DNA of 64,000 nt from Auanema rhodensis (taxonomy: Eukaryota > Animalia > Nematoda), in NCBI GenBank assembly GCA_964057225.1, contig OZ059896.1, positions 1,674,001 through 1,738,000 on the forward strand, given 5' to 3'. Positions 9,701-23,165 of this stretch are shown piece by piece. Position 1 is the first letter of the stretch. Every line of letters begins with the position of its first letter. The position numbers were made by a program, and so were the translations under genes. The notes beneath the pieces were generated by a model, which had not been told where the DNA came from, made no database searches, and was given only the letters and a program-made list of their open reading frames with translations.

Positions 9701-12700
9701 AAGCTTTTCTCAATGAAGTTTAGTGCATTCGATGCGGATTTTTAAGCTGCGTAGATCTGTGTTATCAGATTTGCGCTAGCTTAAAAATGCATCGAGATAT
9801 CAACTGATATAAGTTCACACTTATATCCTCGATTTTCACCCTGAAGAATTAATTTTTTAGTTGAATAACATTGTCTATCGTTTTTGCTTTGAAAAAAGGA
9901 ATCTAAAAACATCTACTTTTTGCTAAATTATTTTGAAATTTTTCGAAAAAATTTTTGTCAAAATGTTTTTGGAAGCAATTTTGAGTGTACATGGAAACTC
10001 AACATACACTAATGCATCATTTTTCAAACGATCATAACTAATTTTTGTATTAAGCTTTTCTCAATGAAGTTTAGTGCATTCGATGCGGATTTTTAAGCTG
10101 CGTAGATCTGTGTTATCAGATTTGCGATAGCTTAAAAATGCACCGAGATATCAACTGATATAAGTTCACACTTATATCCTCGATTTTCACCCTGAAGAAT
10201 TAATTTTTTCGTTGAATAACATTGTCTATCGTTTTTGCCTTGAAAAAAGGAATCTAAAAACATCTACTTTTTGCTAAATTATTTTCAAATTTTTCGAAAA
10301 AATTTTTGTCAAAATGTTTTTGGAAGCAATTTTGAGTGTACATGGAAACTCAACATACACTAATGCATCATTTTTCAAACGATCATAACTAATTTTTGTA
10401 TTAAGCTTTTCTCAATGAAGTTTAGTGCATTCGATGCGGATTTTTAAGCTGCGTAGATCTGTGTTATCAGATTTGCGATAGCTTAAAAATGCACCGAGAT
10501 ATCAACTGATATAAGTTCACACTTATATCCTCGATTTTCACCCTGAAGAATTAATTTTTTCGTTGAATAACATTGTCTATCATTTTTGCCTTGAAAAAAG
10601 GAATCTAAAAACATCTACTTTTTGCTAAATTATTTTCAAATTTTTCGAAAAAATTTTTGTCAAAATGTTTTTGGAAGCAATTTTGAGTGTACATGGAAAC
10701 TCAACATACACTAATGCATCATTTTTCAAACGATCATAACTAATTTTTGTATTAAGCGTTTCTCAATGTAGTATAGTGCATTCGATGCGGATTTTTAAGC
10801 TGCGTCGATCTGTACTATCAGATTTGCGCTAGCTTGAAAATGCACCGAGATATCAACTGATATAAGTTCACACTTATATCGTCGATTTTCACCCTGAAGA
10901 ATTAATTTTTTCGTTGAATAACATTGTCCATCGTTTTTGCTTTGAAAAAAGGAATCTAAAAACATCTACTTTTTGCTAAATTATTTTCAAATTTTTCGAA
11001 AAAATTTTTGTCAAAATGTTTTTGGAAGCAATTTTGAGTGTACATGGAAACTCAACATACACTAATGCATCATTCTTCAAACGATCATAACTAATTTTTG
11101 TATTAAGCGTTTCTCAATGAAGTTTAGTGCATTCGATGCGGATTTTTAAGCTGCGTAGATCTGTGTTATCAGATTTGCGCTAGCTTAAAAATGCATCGAG
11201 ATATCAACTGATATAAGTTCACACTTATATCCTCGATTTTCACCCTGAAGAATTAATTTTTTAGTTGAATAACATTGTCAATCGTTTTTGCTTTGAAAAA
11301 AGGAATCTAAAAACATCTACTTTTTGCTAAATTATTTTGAAATTTTTCGAAAAAATTTTTGTCAAAATGTTTTTGGAAGCAATTTTGAGTGTACATGGAA
11401 ACTCAACATACACTAATGCATCATTTTTCAAACGATCATAACTAATTTTTGTATTAAGCGTTTCTCAATGTAGTATAGTGCATTCGATGCGGATTTTTAA
11501 GCTGCGTCGATCTGTACTATCAGATTTGCGCTAGCTTGAAAATGCACCGAGATATCAACTGATATAAGTTCACACTTATATCCTCGATTTTCACCCTGAA
11601 GAATTAATTTTTTCGTTGAATAACATTGTCCATCGTTTTTGCCTTGAAAAAAGGAATCTAAAAACATCTACTTTTTGCTAAATTATTTTCAAATTTTTCG
11701 AAAAAATTTTTGTCAAAATGTTTTTGGAAGCAATTTTGAGTGTACATGGAAACTCAACATACACTAATGCATCATTTTTCAAACGATCATAACTAATTTT
11801 TGTATTAAGCGTTTCTCAATGTAGTATAGTGCATTCGATGCGGATTTTTAAGCTGCGTCGATCTGTACTATCAGATTTGCGCTAGCTTGAAAATGCACCG
11901 AGATATCAACTGATATAAGTTCACACTTATATCGTCGATTTTCACCCTGAAGAATTAATTTTTTCGTTGAATAACATTGTCCATCGTTTTTGCTTTGAAA
12001 AAAGGAATCTAAAAACATCTACTTTTTGCTAAATTATTTTCAAATTTTTCGAAAAAATTTTTGTCAAAATGTTTTTGGAAGCAATTTTGAGTGTACATGG
12101 AAACTCAACATACACTAATGCATCATTTTTCAAACGATCATAACTAATTTTTGTATTAAGCGTTTCTCAATGTAGTATAGTGCATTCGATGCGGATTTTT
12201 AAGCTGCGTCGATCTGTACTATCAGATTTGCGCTAGCTTGAAAATGCACCGAGATATCAACTGATATAAGTTCACACTTATATCGTCGATTTTCACCCTG
12301 AAGAATTAATTTTTTCGTTGAATAACATTGTCCATCGTTTTTGCTTTGAAAAAAGGAATCTAAAAACATCTACTTTTTGCTAAATTATTTTCAAATTTTT
12401 CGAAAAAATTTTTGTCAAAATGTTTTTGGAAGCAATTTTGAGTGTACATGGAAACTCAACATACACTAATGCATCATTCTTCAAACGATCATAACTAATT
12501 TTTGTATTAAGCTTTTCTCAATGAAGTTTAGTGCATTCGATGCGGATTTTTAAGCTGCGTAGATCTGTGTTATCAGATTTGCGCTAGCTTAAAAATGCAT
12601 CGAGATATCAACTGATATAAGTTCACACTTATATCCTCGATTTTCACCCTGAAGAATTAATTTTTTAGTTGAATAACATTGTCTATCGTTTTTGCTTTGA

Positions 12701-15700
12701 AAAACGGAATCTAAAAACATCTACTTTTTGCTAAATTATTTTGAAATTTTTCGAAAAAATTTTTGTCAAAATGTTTTTGGAAGCAATTTTGAGTGTACAT
12801 GGAAACTCAACATACACTAATGCATCATTTTTCAAACGATCATAACTAATTTTTGTATTAAGCGTTTCTCAATGTAGTATAGTGCATTCGATGCGGATTT
12901 TTAAGCTGCGTCGATCTGTACTATCAGATTTGCGCTAGCTTGAAAATGCACCGAGATATCAACTGATATAAGTTCACACTTATATCCTCGATTTTCACCC
13001 TGAAGAATTAATTTTTTCGTTGAATAACATTGTCCATCGTTTTTGCCTTGAAAAAAGGAATCTAAAAACATCTACTTTTTGCTAAATTATTTTCAAATTT
13101 TTCGAAAAAATTTTTGTCAAAATGTTTTTGGAAGCAATTTTGAGTGTACATGGAAACTCAACATACACTAATGCATCATTTTTCAAACGATCATAACTAA
13201 TTTTTGTATTAAGCGTTTCTCAATGTAGTATAGTGCATTCGATGCGGATTTTTAAGCTGCGTCGATCTGTACTATCAGATTTGCGCTAGCTTGAAAATGC
13301 ACCGAGATATCAACTGATATAAGTTCACACTTATATCCTCGATTTTCACCCTGAAGAATTAATTTTTTCGTTGAATAACATTGTCCATCGTTTTTGCCTT
13401 GAAAAAAGGAATCTAAAAACATCTACTTTTTGCTAAATTATTTTCAAATTTTTCGAAAAAATTTTTGTCAAAATGTTTTTGGAAGCAATTTTGAGTGTAC
13501 ATGGAAACTCAACATACACTAATGCATCATTTTTCAAACGATCATAACTAATTTTTGTATTAAGCTTTTCTCAATGAAGTTTAGTGCATTCGATGCGGAT
13601 TTTTAAGCTGCGTAGATCTGTGTTATCAGATTTGCGATAGCTTAAAAATGCACCGAGATATCAACTGATATAAGTTCACACTTATATCCTCGATTTTCAC
13701 CCTGAAGAATTAATTTTTTCGTTGAATAACATTGTCTATCGTTTTTGCCTTGAAAAAAGGAATCTAAAAACATCTACTTTTTGCTAAATTATTTTCAAAT
13801 TTTTCGAAAAAATTTTTGTCAAAATGTTTTTGGAAGCAATTTTGAGTGTACATGGAAACTCAACATACACTAATGCATCATTTTTCAAACGATCATAACT
13901 AATTTTTGTATTAAGCGTTTCTCAATGTAGTATAGTGCATTCGATGCGGATTTTTAAGCTGCGTCGATCTGTACTATCAGATTTGCGCTAGCTTGAAAAT
14001 GCACCGAGATATCAACTGATATAAGTTCACACTTATATCGTCGATTTTCACCCTGAAGAATTAATTTTTTCGTTGAATAACATTGTCCATCGTTTTTGCT
14101 TTGAAAAAAGGAATCTAAAAACATCTACTTTTTGCTAAATTATTTTCAAATTTTTCGAAAAAATTTTTGTCAAAATGTTTTTGGAAGCAATTTTGAGTGT
14201 ACATGGAAACTCAACATACACTAATGCATCATTTTTCAAACGATCATAACTAATTTTTGTATTAAGCTTTTCTCAATGAAGTTTAGTGCATTCGATGCGG
14301 ATTTTTAAGCTGCGTAGATCTGTGTTATCAGATTTGCGCTAGCTTAAAAATGCACCGAGATATCAACTGATATAAGTTCACACTTATATCCTCGATTTTC
14401 ACCCTGAAGAATTAATTTTTTCGTTGAATAACATTGTCCATCGTTTTTGCCTTGAAAAAAGGAATCTAAAAACATCTACTTTTTGCTAAATTATTTTCAA
14501 ATTTTTCGAAAAAATTTTTGTCAAAATGTTTTTGGAAGCAATTTTGAGTGTACATGGAAACTCAACATACACTAATGCATCATTTTTCAAACGATCATAA
14601 CTAATTTTTGTATTGAGCGTTTCTCAATGTAGTATAGTGCATTCGATGCGGATTTTTAAGCTGCGTCGATCTGTACTATCAGATTTGCGCTAGCTTGAAA
14701 ATGCACCGAGATATCAACTGATATAAGTTCACACCTATATCCTCGATTTTCACCCTGAAGAATTAATTTTTTCGTTGAATAACATTGTCTATCGTGTTTG
14801 CCTTGAAAAAAGGAATCTAAAAACATCTACTTTTTGCTAAATTATTTTGAAATTTTTCGAAAAAATTTTTGTCAAAATGTTTTTGGAAGCAATTTTGAGT
14901 GTACATGGAAACTCAACATACACTAATGCATCATTTTTCAAACGATCATAACTAATTTTTGTATTAAGCTTTTCTCAATGAAGTTTAGTGCATTCGATGC
15001 GGATTTTTAAGCTGCGTAGATCTGTGTTATCAGATTTGCGCTAGCTTAAAAATGCATCGAGATATCAACTGATATAAGTTCACACTTATATCCTCGATTT
15101 TCACCCTGAAGAATTAATTTTTTAGTTGAATAACATTGTCTATCGTTTTTGCTTTGAAAAAAGGAATCTAAAAACATCTACTTTTTGCTAAATTATTTTG
15201 AAATTTTTCGAAAAAATTTTTGTCAAAATGTTTTTGGAAGCAATTTTGAGTGTACATGGAAACTCAACATACACTAATGCATCATTTTTCAAACGATCAT
15301 AACTAATTTTTGTATTAAGCTTTTCTCAATGAAGTTTAGTGCATTCGATGCGGATTTTTAAGCTGCGTAGATCTGTGTTATCAGATTTGCGATAGCTTAA
15401 AAATGCACCGAGATATCAACTGATATAAGTTCACACTTATATCCTCGATTTTCACCCTGAAGAATTAATTTTTTCGTTGAATAACATTGTCTATCGTTTT
15501 TGCCTTGAAAAAAGGAATCTAAAAACATCTACTTTTTGCTAAATTATTTTCAAATTTTTCGAAAAAATTTTTGTCAAAATGTTTTTGGAAGCAATTTTGA
15601 GTGTACATGGAAACTCAACATACACTAATGCATCATTTTTCAAACGATCATAACTAATTTTTGTATTAAGCTTTTCTCAATGAAGTTTAGTGCATTCGAT

Positions 15701-17198
15701 GCGGATTTTTAAGCTGCGTAGATCTGTGTTATCAGATTTGCGATAGCTTAAAAATGCACCGAGATATCAACTGATATAAGTTCACACTTATATCCTCGAT
15801 TTTCACCCTGAAGAATTAATTTTTTCGTTGAATAACATTGTCTATCATTTTTGCCTTGAAAAAAGGAATCTAAAAACATCTACTTTTTGCTAAATTATTT
15901 TCAAATTTTTCGAAAAAATTTTTGTCAAAATGTTTTTGGAAGCAATTTTGAGTGTACATGGAAACTCAACATACACTAATGCATCATTTTTCAAACGATC
16001 ATAACTAATTTTTGTATTAAGCGTTTCTCAATGTAGTATAGTGCATTCGATGCGGATTTTTAAGCTGCGTCGATCTGTACTATCAGATTTGCGCTAGCTT
16101 GAAAATGCACCGAGATATCAACTGATATAAGTTCACACTTATATCGTCGATTTTCACCCTGAAGAATTAATTTTTTCGTTGAATAACATTGTCCATCGTT
16201 TTTGCTTTGAAAAAAGGAATCTAAAAACATCTACTTTTTGCTAAATTATTTTCAAATTTTTCGAAAAAATTTTTGTCAAAATGTTTTTGGAAGCAATTTT
16301 GAGTGTACATGGAAACTCAACATACACTAATGCATCATTCTTCAAACGATCATAACTAATTTTTGTATTAAGCGTTTCTCAATGAAGTTTAGTGCATTCG
16401 ATGCGGATTTTTAAGCTGCGTAGATCTGTGTTATCAGATTTGCGCTAGCTTAAAAATGCATCGAGATATCAACTGATATAAGTTCACACTTATATCCTCG
16501 ATTTTCACCCTGAAGAATTAATTTTTTAGTTGAATAACATTGTCAATCGTTTTTGCTTTGAAAAAAGGAATCTAAAAACATCTACTTTTTGCTAAATTAT
16601 TTTGAAATTTTTCGAAAAAATTTTTGTCAAAATGTTTTTGGAAGCAATTTTGAGTGTACATGGAAACTCAACATACACTAATGCATCATTTTTCAAACGA
16701 TCATAACTAATTTTTGTATTAAGCGTTTCTCAATGTAGTATAGTGCATTCGATGCGGATTTTTAAGCTGCGTCGATCTGTACTATCAGATTTGCGCTAGC
16801 TTGAAAATGCACCGAGATATCAACTGATATAAGTTCACACTTATATCCTCGATTTTCACCCTGAAGAATTAATTTTTTCGTTGAATAACATTGTCCATCG
16901 TTTTTGCCTTGAAAAAAGGAATCTAAAAACATCTACTTTTTGCTAAATTATTTTCAAATTTTTCGAAAAAATTTTTGTCAAAATGTTTTTGGAAGCAATT
17001 TTGAGTGTACATGGAAACTCAACATACACTAATGCATCATTTTTCAAACGATCATAACTAATTTTTGTATTAAGCGTTTCTCAATGTAGTATAGTGCATT
17101 CGATGCGGATTTTTAAGCTGCGTCGATCTGTACTATCAGATTTGCGCTAGCTTGAAAATGCACCGAGATATCAACTGATATAAGTTCACACTTATATC
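6730..17198. repeat. 15-monomer (5265 bp) tandem higher-order duplication
   Basis: Rare variants pair at exactly 5265 bp: 7440/12705, 9531/14796, 10582/15847 and 11280/16545. Boundaries are approximate. Confidence 0.88.
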
Positions 17199-20100
17199 CT
17201 CGATTTTCACCCTGAAGAATTAATTTTTTCGTTGAATAACATTGTCCATCGTTTTTGCCTTGAAAAAAGGAATCTAAAAACATCTACTTTTTGCTAAATT
17301 ATTTTCAAATTTTTCGAAAAAATTTTTGTCAAAATGTTTTTGGAAGCAATTTTGAGTGTACATGGAAACTCAACATACACTAATGCATCATTTTTCAAAC
17401 GATCATAACTAATTTTTGTATTAAGCTTTTCTCAATGAAGTTTAGTGCATTCGATGCGGATTTTTAAGCTGCGTAGATCTGTGTTATCAGATTTGCGATA
17501 GCTTAAAAATGCACCGAGATATCAACTGATATAAGTTCACACTTATATCCTCGATTTTCACCCTGAAGAATTAATTTTTTCGTTGAATAACATTGTCTAT
17601 CGTTTTTGCCTTGCAAAAGGAATCTAAAAACATCTACTTTTTGCTAAATTATTTTCAAATTTTTCGAAAAAATTTTTGTCAAAATGTTTTTGGAAGCAAT
17701 TTTGAGTGTACATGGAAACTCAACATACACTAATGCATCATTTTTCAAACGATCATAACTAATTTTTGTATTAAGCGTTTCTCAATGTAGTATAGTGCAT
17801 TCGATGCGTATTTTTAAGCTGCGTCGATTTGTACTATCAGATTTGCGCTAGCTTGAAAATGCACCGAGATATCAACTGATATAAGTTCACACTTATATCG
17901 TCGATTTTCACCCTGAAGAATTAATTTTTTCGTTGAATAACATTGTCTATCGTTTTTGCCTTGAAAAAAGGAATCTAAAAACATCTACTTTTTGCTAAAT
18001 TATTTTCAAATTTTTCGAAAAAATTTTTGTCAAAATGTTTTTGGAAGCAATTTTGAGTGTACATGGAAACTCAACATACACTAATGCATCATTTTTCAAA
18101 CGATCATAACTAATTTTTGTATTAAGCTTTTCTCAATGAAGTTTAGTGCATTCGATGCGGATTTTTAAGCTGCGTAGATCTGTGTTATCAGATTTGCGAT
18201 AGCTTAAAAATGCACCGAGATATCAACTGATATAAGTTCACACTTATATCCTCGATTTTCACCCTGAAGAATTAATTTTTTCGTTGAATAACATTGTCTA
18301 TCGTTTTTGCCTTGAAAAAAGGAATCTAAAAACATCTACTTTTTGCTAAATTATTTTCAAATTTTTCGAAAAAATTTTTGTCAAAATGTTTTTGGAAGCA
18401 ATTTTGAGTGTACATGGAAACTCAACATACACTAATGCATCATTTTTCAAACGATCATAACTAATTTTTGTATTAAGCGTTTCTCAATGTAGTATAGTGC
18501 ATTCGATGCGGATTTTTAAGCTGCGTCGATCTGTACTATCAGATTTGCGCTAGCTTGAAAATGCACCGAGATATCAACTGATATAAGTTCACACTTATAT
18601 CGTCGATTTTCACCCTGAAGAATTAATTTTTTCGTTGAATAACATTGTCCATCGTTTTTGCTTTGAAAAAAGGAATCTAAAAACATCTACTTTTTGCTAA
18701 ATTATTTTCAAATTTTTCGAAAAAATTTTTGTCAAAATGTTTTTGGAAGCAATTTTGAGTGTACATGGAAACTCAACATACACTAATGCATCATTCTTCA
18801 AACGATCATAACTAATTTTTGTATTAAGCTTTTCTCAATGAAGTTTAGTGCATTCGATGCGGATTTTTAAGCTGCGTAGATCTGTGTTATCAGATTTGCG
18901 CTAGCTTAAAAATGCATCGAGATATCAACTGATATAAGTTCACACTTATATCCTCGATTTTCACCCTGAAGAATTAATTTTTTAGTTGAATAACATTGTC
19001 TATCGTTTTTGCTTTGAAAAAAGGAATCTAAAAACATCTACTTTTTGCTAAATTATTTTGAAATTTTTCGAAAAAATTTTTGTCAAAATGTTTTTGGAAG
19101 CAATTTTGAGTGTACATGGAAACTCAACATACACTAATGCATCATTTTTCAAACGATCATAACTAATTTTTGTATTAAGCGTTTCTCAATGTAGTATAGT
19201 GCATTCGATGCGGATTTTTAAGCTGCGTCGATCTGTACTATCAGATTTGCGCTAGCTTGAAAATGCACCGAGATATCAACTGATATAAGTTCACACTTAT
19301 ATCCTCGATTTTCACCCTGAAGAATTAATTTTTTCGTTGAATAACATTGTCCATCGTTTTTGCCTTGAAAAAAGGAATCTAAAAACATCTACTTTTTGCT
19401 AAATTATTTTCAAATTTTTCGAAAAAATTTTTGTCAAAATGTTTTTGGAAGCAATTTTGAGTGTACATGGAAACTCAACATACACTAATGCATCATTTTT
19501 CAAACGATCATAACTAATTTTTGTATTAAGCTTTTCTCAATGAAGTTTAGTGCATTCGATGCGGATTTTTAAGCTGCGTAGATCTGTGTTATCAGATTTG
19601 CGATAGCTTAAAAATGCACCGAGATATCAACTGATATAAGTTCAAACTTATATCCTCGATTTTCACCCTGAAGAATTAATTTTTTCGTTGAATAACATTG
19701 TCTATCGTTTTTGCCTTGAAAAAAGGAATCTAAAAACATCTACTTTTTGCTAAATTATTTTCAAATTTTTCGAAAAAATTTTTGTCAAAATGTTTTTGGA
19801 AGCAATTTTGAGTGTACATGGAAACTCAACATACACTAATGCATCATTTTTCAAACGATCATAACTAATTTTTGTATTAAGCGTTTCTCAATGTAGTATA
19901 GTGCATTCGATGCGGATTTTTAAGCTGCGTCGATCTGTACTATCAGATTTGCGCTAGCTTGAAAATGCACCGAGATATCAACTGATATAAGTTCACACCT
20001 ATATCCTCGATTTTCACCCTGAAGAATTAATTTTTTCGTTGAATAACATTGTCTATCGTTTTTGCCTTGAAAAAAGGAATCTAAAAACATCTACTTTTTG

Positions 20101-23100
20101 CTAAATTATTTTGAAATTTTTCGAAAAAATTTTTGTCAAAATGTTTTTGGAAGCAATTTTGAGTGTACATGGAAACTCAACATACACTAATGCATCATTT
20201 TTCAAACGATCATAACTAATTTTTGTATTAAGCTTTTCTTAATGAAGTTTAGTGCATTCGATGCGGATTTTTAAGCTGCGTAGATCTGTGTTATCAGATT
20301 TGCGCTAGCTTAAAAATGCACCGAGATATCAACTGATATAAGTTCACACTTATATCCTCGATTTTCACCCTGAAGAATTAATTTTTTAGTTGAATAACAT
20401 TGTCTATCGTTTTTGCCTTGAAAAAAGGAATCTAAAAACATCTACTTTTTGCTAAATTATTTTGAAATTTTTCGAAAAAATTTTTGTCAAAATGTTTTTG
20501 GAAGCAATTTTGAGTGTACATGGAAACTCAACATACACTAATGCATCATTTTTCAAACGATCATAACTAATTTTTGTATTAAGCGTTTCTCAATGTAGTA
20601 TAGTGCATTCGATGCGGATTTTTAAGCTGCGTCGATCTGTACTATCAGATTTGCGCTAGCTTGAAAATGCACCGAGATATCAACTGATATAAGTTCACAC
20701 TTATATCCTCGATTTTCACCCTGAAGAATTAATTTTTTCGTTGAATAACATTGTCCATCGTTTTTGCCTTGAAAAAAGGAATCTAAAAACATCTACTTTT
20801 TGCTAAATTATTTTCAAATTTTTCGAAAAAATTTTTGTCAAAATGTTTTTGGAAGCAATTTTGAGTGTACATGGAAACTCAACATACACTAATGCATCAT
20901 TTTTCAAACAATCATAACTAATTTTTGTATTAAGCTTTTCTCAATGAAGTTTAGTGCATTCGATGCGGATTTTTAAGCTGCGTCGATCTGTACTATCAGA
21001 TTTGCGCTAGCTTGAAAATGCACCGAGATATCAACTGATATAAGTTCACACTTATATCCTCGATTTTCACCCTGAAGAATTAATTTTTTAGTTGAATAAC
21101 ATTGTCTATCGTTTTTGCCTTGAAAAAAGAAATCTAAAAACATCTACTTTTTGCTAAATTATTTTGAAATTTTTCGAAAAAATTTTTGTCAAAATGTTTT
21201 TGGAAGCAATTTTGAGTGTACATGGAAACTCAACATACACTAATGCATCATTTTTCAAACGATCATAACTAATTTTTGTATTAAGCGTTTCTCAATGTAG
21301 TATAGTGCATTCGATGCAAATTTTTAAGCTGCGTCGATCTGTACTATCAGATTTGCGCTAGCTTGAAAATGCACCGAGATATCAACTGATATAAGTTCAC
21401 ACTTATATCCTCGATTTTCACCCTGAAGAATTAATTTTTTCGTTGAATAACATTGTCCATCGTTTTTGCCTTGAAAAAAGGAATCTAAAAACATCTACTT
21501 TTTGCTAAATTATTTTCAAATTTTTCGAAAAAATTTTTGTCAAAATGTTTTTGGAAGCAATTTTGAGTGTACATGGAAACTCAACATACACTAATGCATC
21601 ATTTTTCAAACGATCATAACTAATTTTTGTATTAAGCGTTTCTCAATGTAGTATAGTGCATTCGATGCGGATTTTTAAGCTGCGTCGATCTGTACTATCA
21701 GATTTGCGCTAGCTTGAAAATGCACCGAGATATCAACTGATATAAGTTCACACTTATATCCTCGATTTTCACCCTGAAGAATTAATTTTTTCGTTGAATA
21801 ACATTGTCCATCGTTTTTGCCTTGAAAAAAGGAATCTAAAAACATCTACTTTTTGCTAAATTATTTTCAAATTTTTCGAAAAAATTTTTGTCAAAATGTT
21901 TTTGGAAGCAATTTTGAGTGTACATGGAAACTCAACATACACTAATGCATCATTTTTCAAACGATCATAACTAATTTTTGTATTAAGCTTTTCTCAATGA
22001 AGTTTAGTGCATTCGATGCGGATTTTTAAGCTGCGTAGATCTGTGTTATCAGATTTGCGATAGCTTAAAAATGCACCGAGATATCAACTGATATAAGTTC
22101 ACACTTATATCCTCGATTTTCACCCTGAAGAATTAATTTTTTCGTTGAATAACATTGTCTATCGTTTTTGCCTTGAAAAAAGGAATCTAAAAACATCTAC
22201 TTTTTGCTAAATTATTTTCAAATTTTTCGAAAAAATTTTTGTCAAAATGTTTTTGGAAGCAATTTTGAGTGTACATGGAAACTCAACATACACTAATGCA
22301 TCATTTTTCAAACGATCATAACTAATTTTTGTATTAAGCGTTTCTCAATGTAGTATAGTGCATTCGATGCGGATTTTTAAGCTGCGTCGATCTGTACTAT
22401 CAGATTTGCGCTAGCTTGAAAATGCACCGAGATATCAACTGATATAAGTTCACACCTATATCCTCGATTTTCACCCTGAAGAATTAATTTTTTCGTTGAA
22501 TAACATTGTCTATCGTTTTTGCCTTGAAAAAAGGAATCTAAAAACATCTACTTTTTGCTAAATTATTTTGAAATTTTTCGAAAAAATTTTTGTCAAAATG
22601 TTTTTGGAAGCAATTTTGAGTGTACATGGAAACTCAACATACACTAATGCATCATTTTTCAAACGATCATAACTAATTTTTGTATTAAGCGTTTCTCAAT
22701 GTAGTATAGTGCATTCGATGCGGATTTTTAAGCTGCGTCGATCTGTACTATCAGATTTGCGCTAGCTTGAAAATGCACCGAGATATCAACTGATATAAGT
22801 TCACACCTATATCCTCGATTTTCACCCTGAAGAATTAATTTTTTCGTTGAATAACATTGTCTATCGTTTTTGCCTTGAAAAAAGGAATCTAAAAACATCT
22901 ACTTTTTGCTAAATTATTTTGAAATTTTTCGAAAAAATTTTTGTCAAAATGTTTTTGGAAGCAATTTTGAGTGTACATGGAAACTCAACATACACTAATG
23001 TATCATTTTTCAAACGATCATAACTAATTTTTGTATTAAGCGTTTCTCAATGTAGTATAGTGCATTCGATGCGGATTTTTAAGCTGCGTCGATCTGTACT

Positions 23101-23165
23101 ATCAGATTTGCGCTAGCTTGAAAATGCACCGAGATATCAACTGATATAAGTTCACACTTATATCC

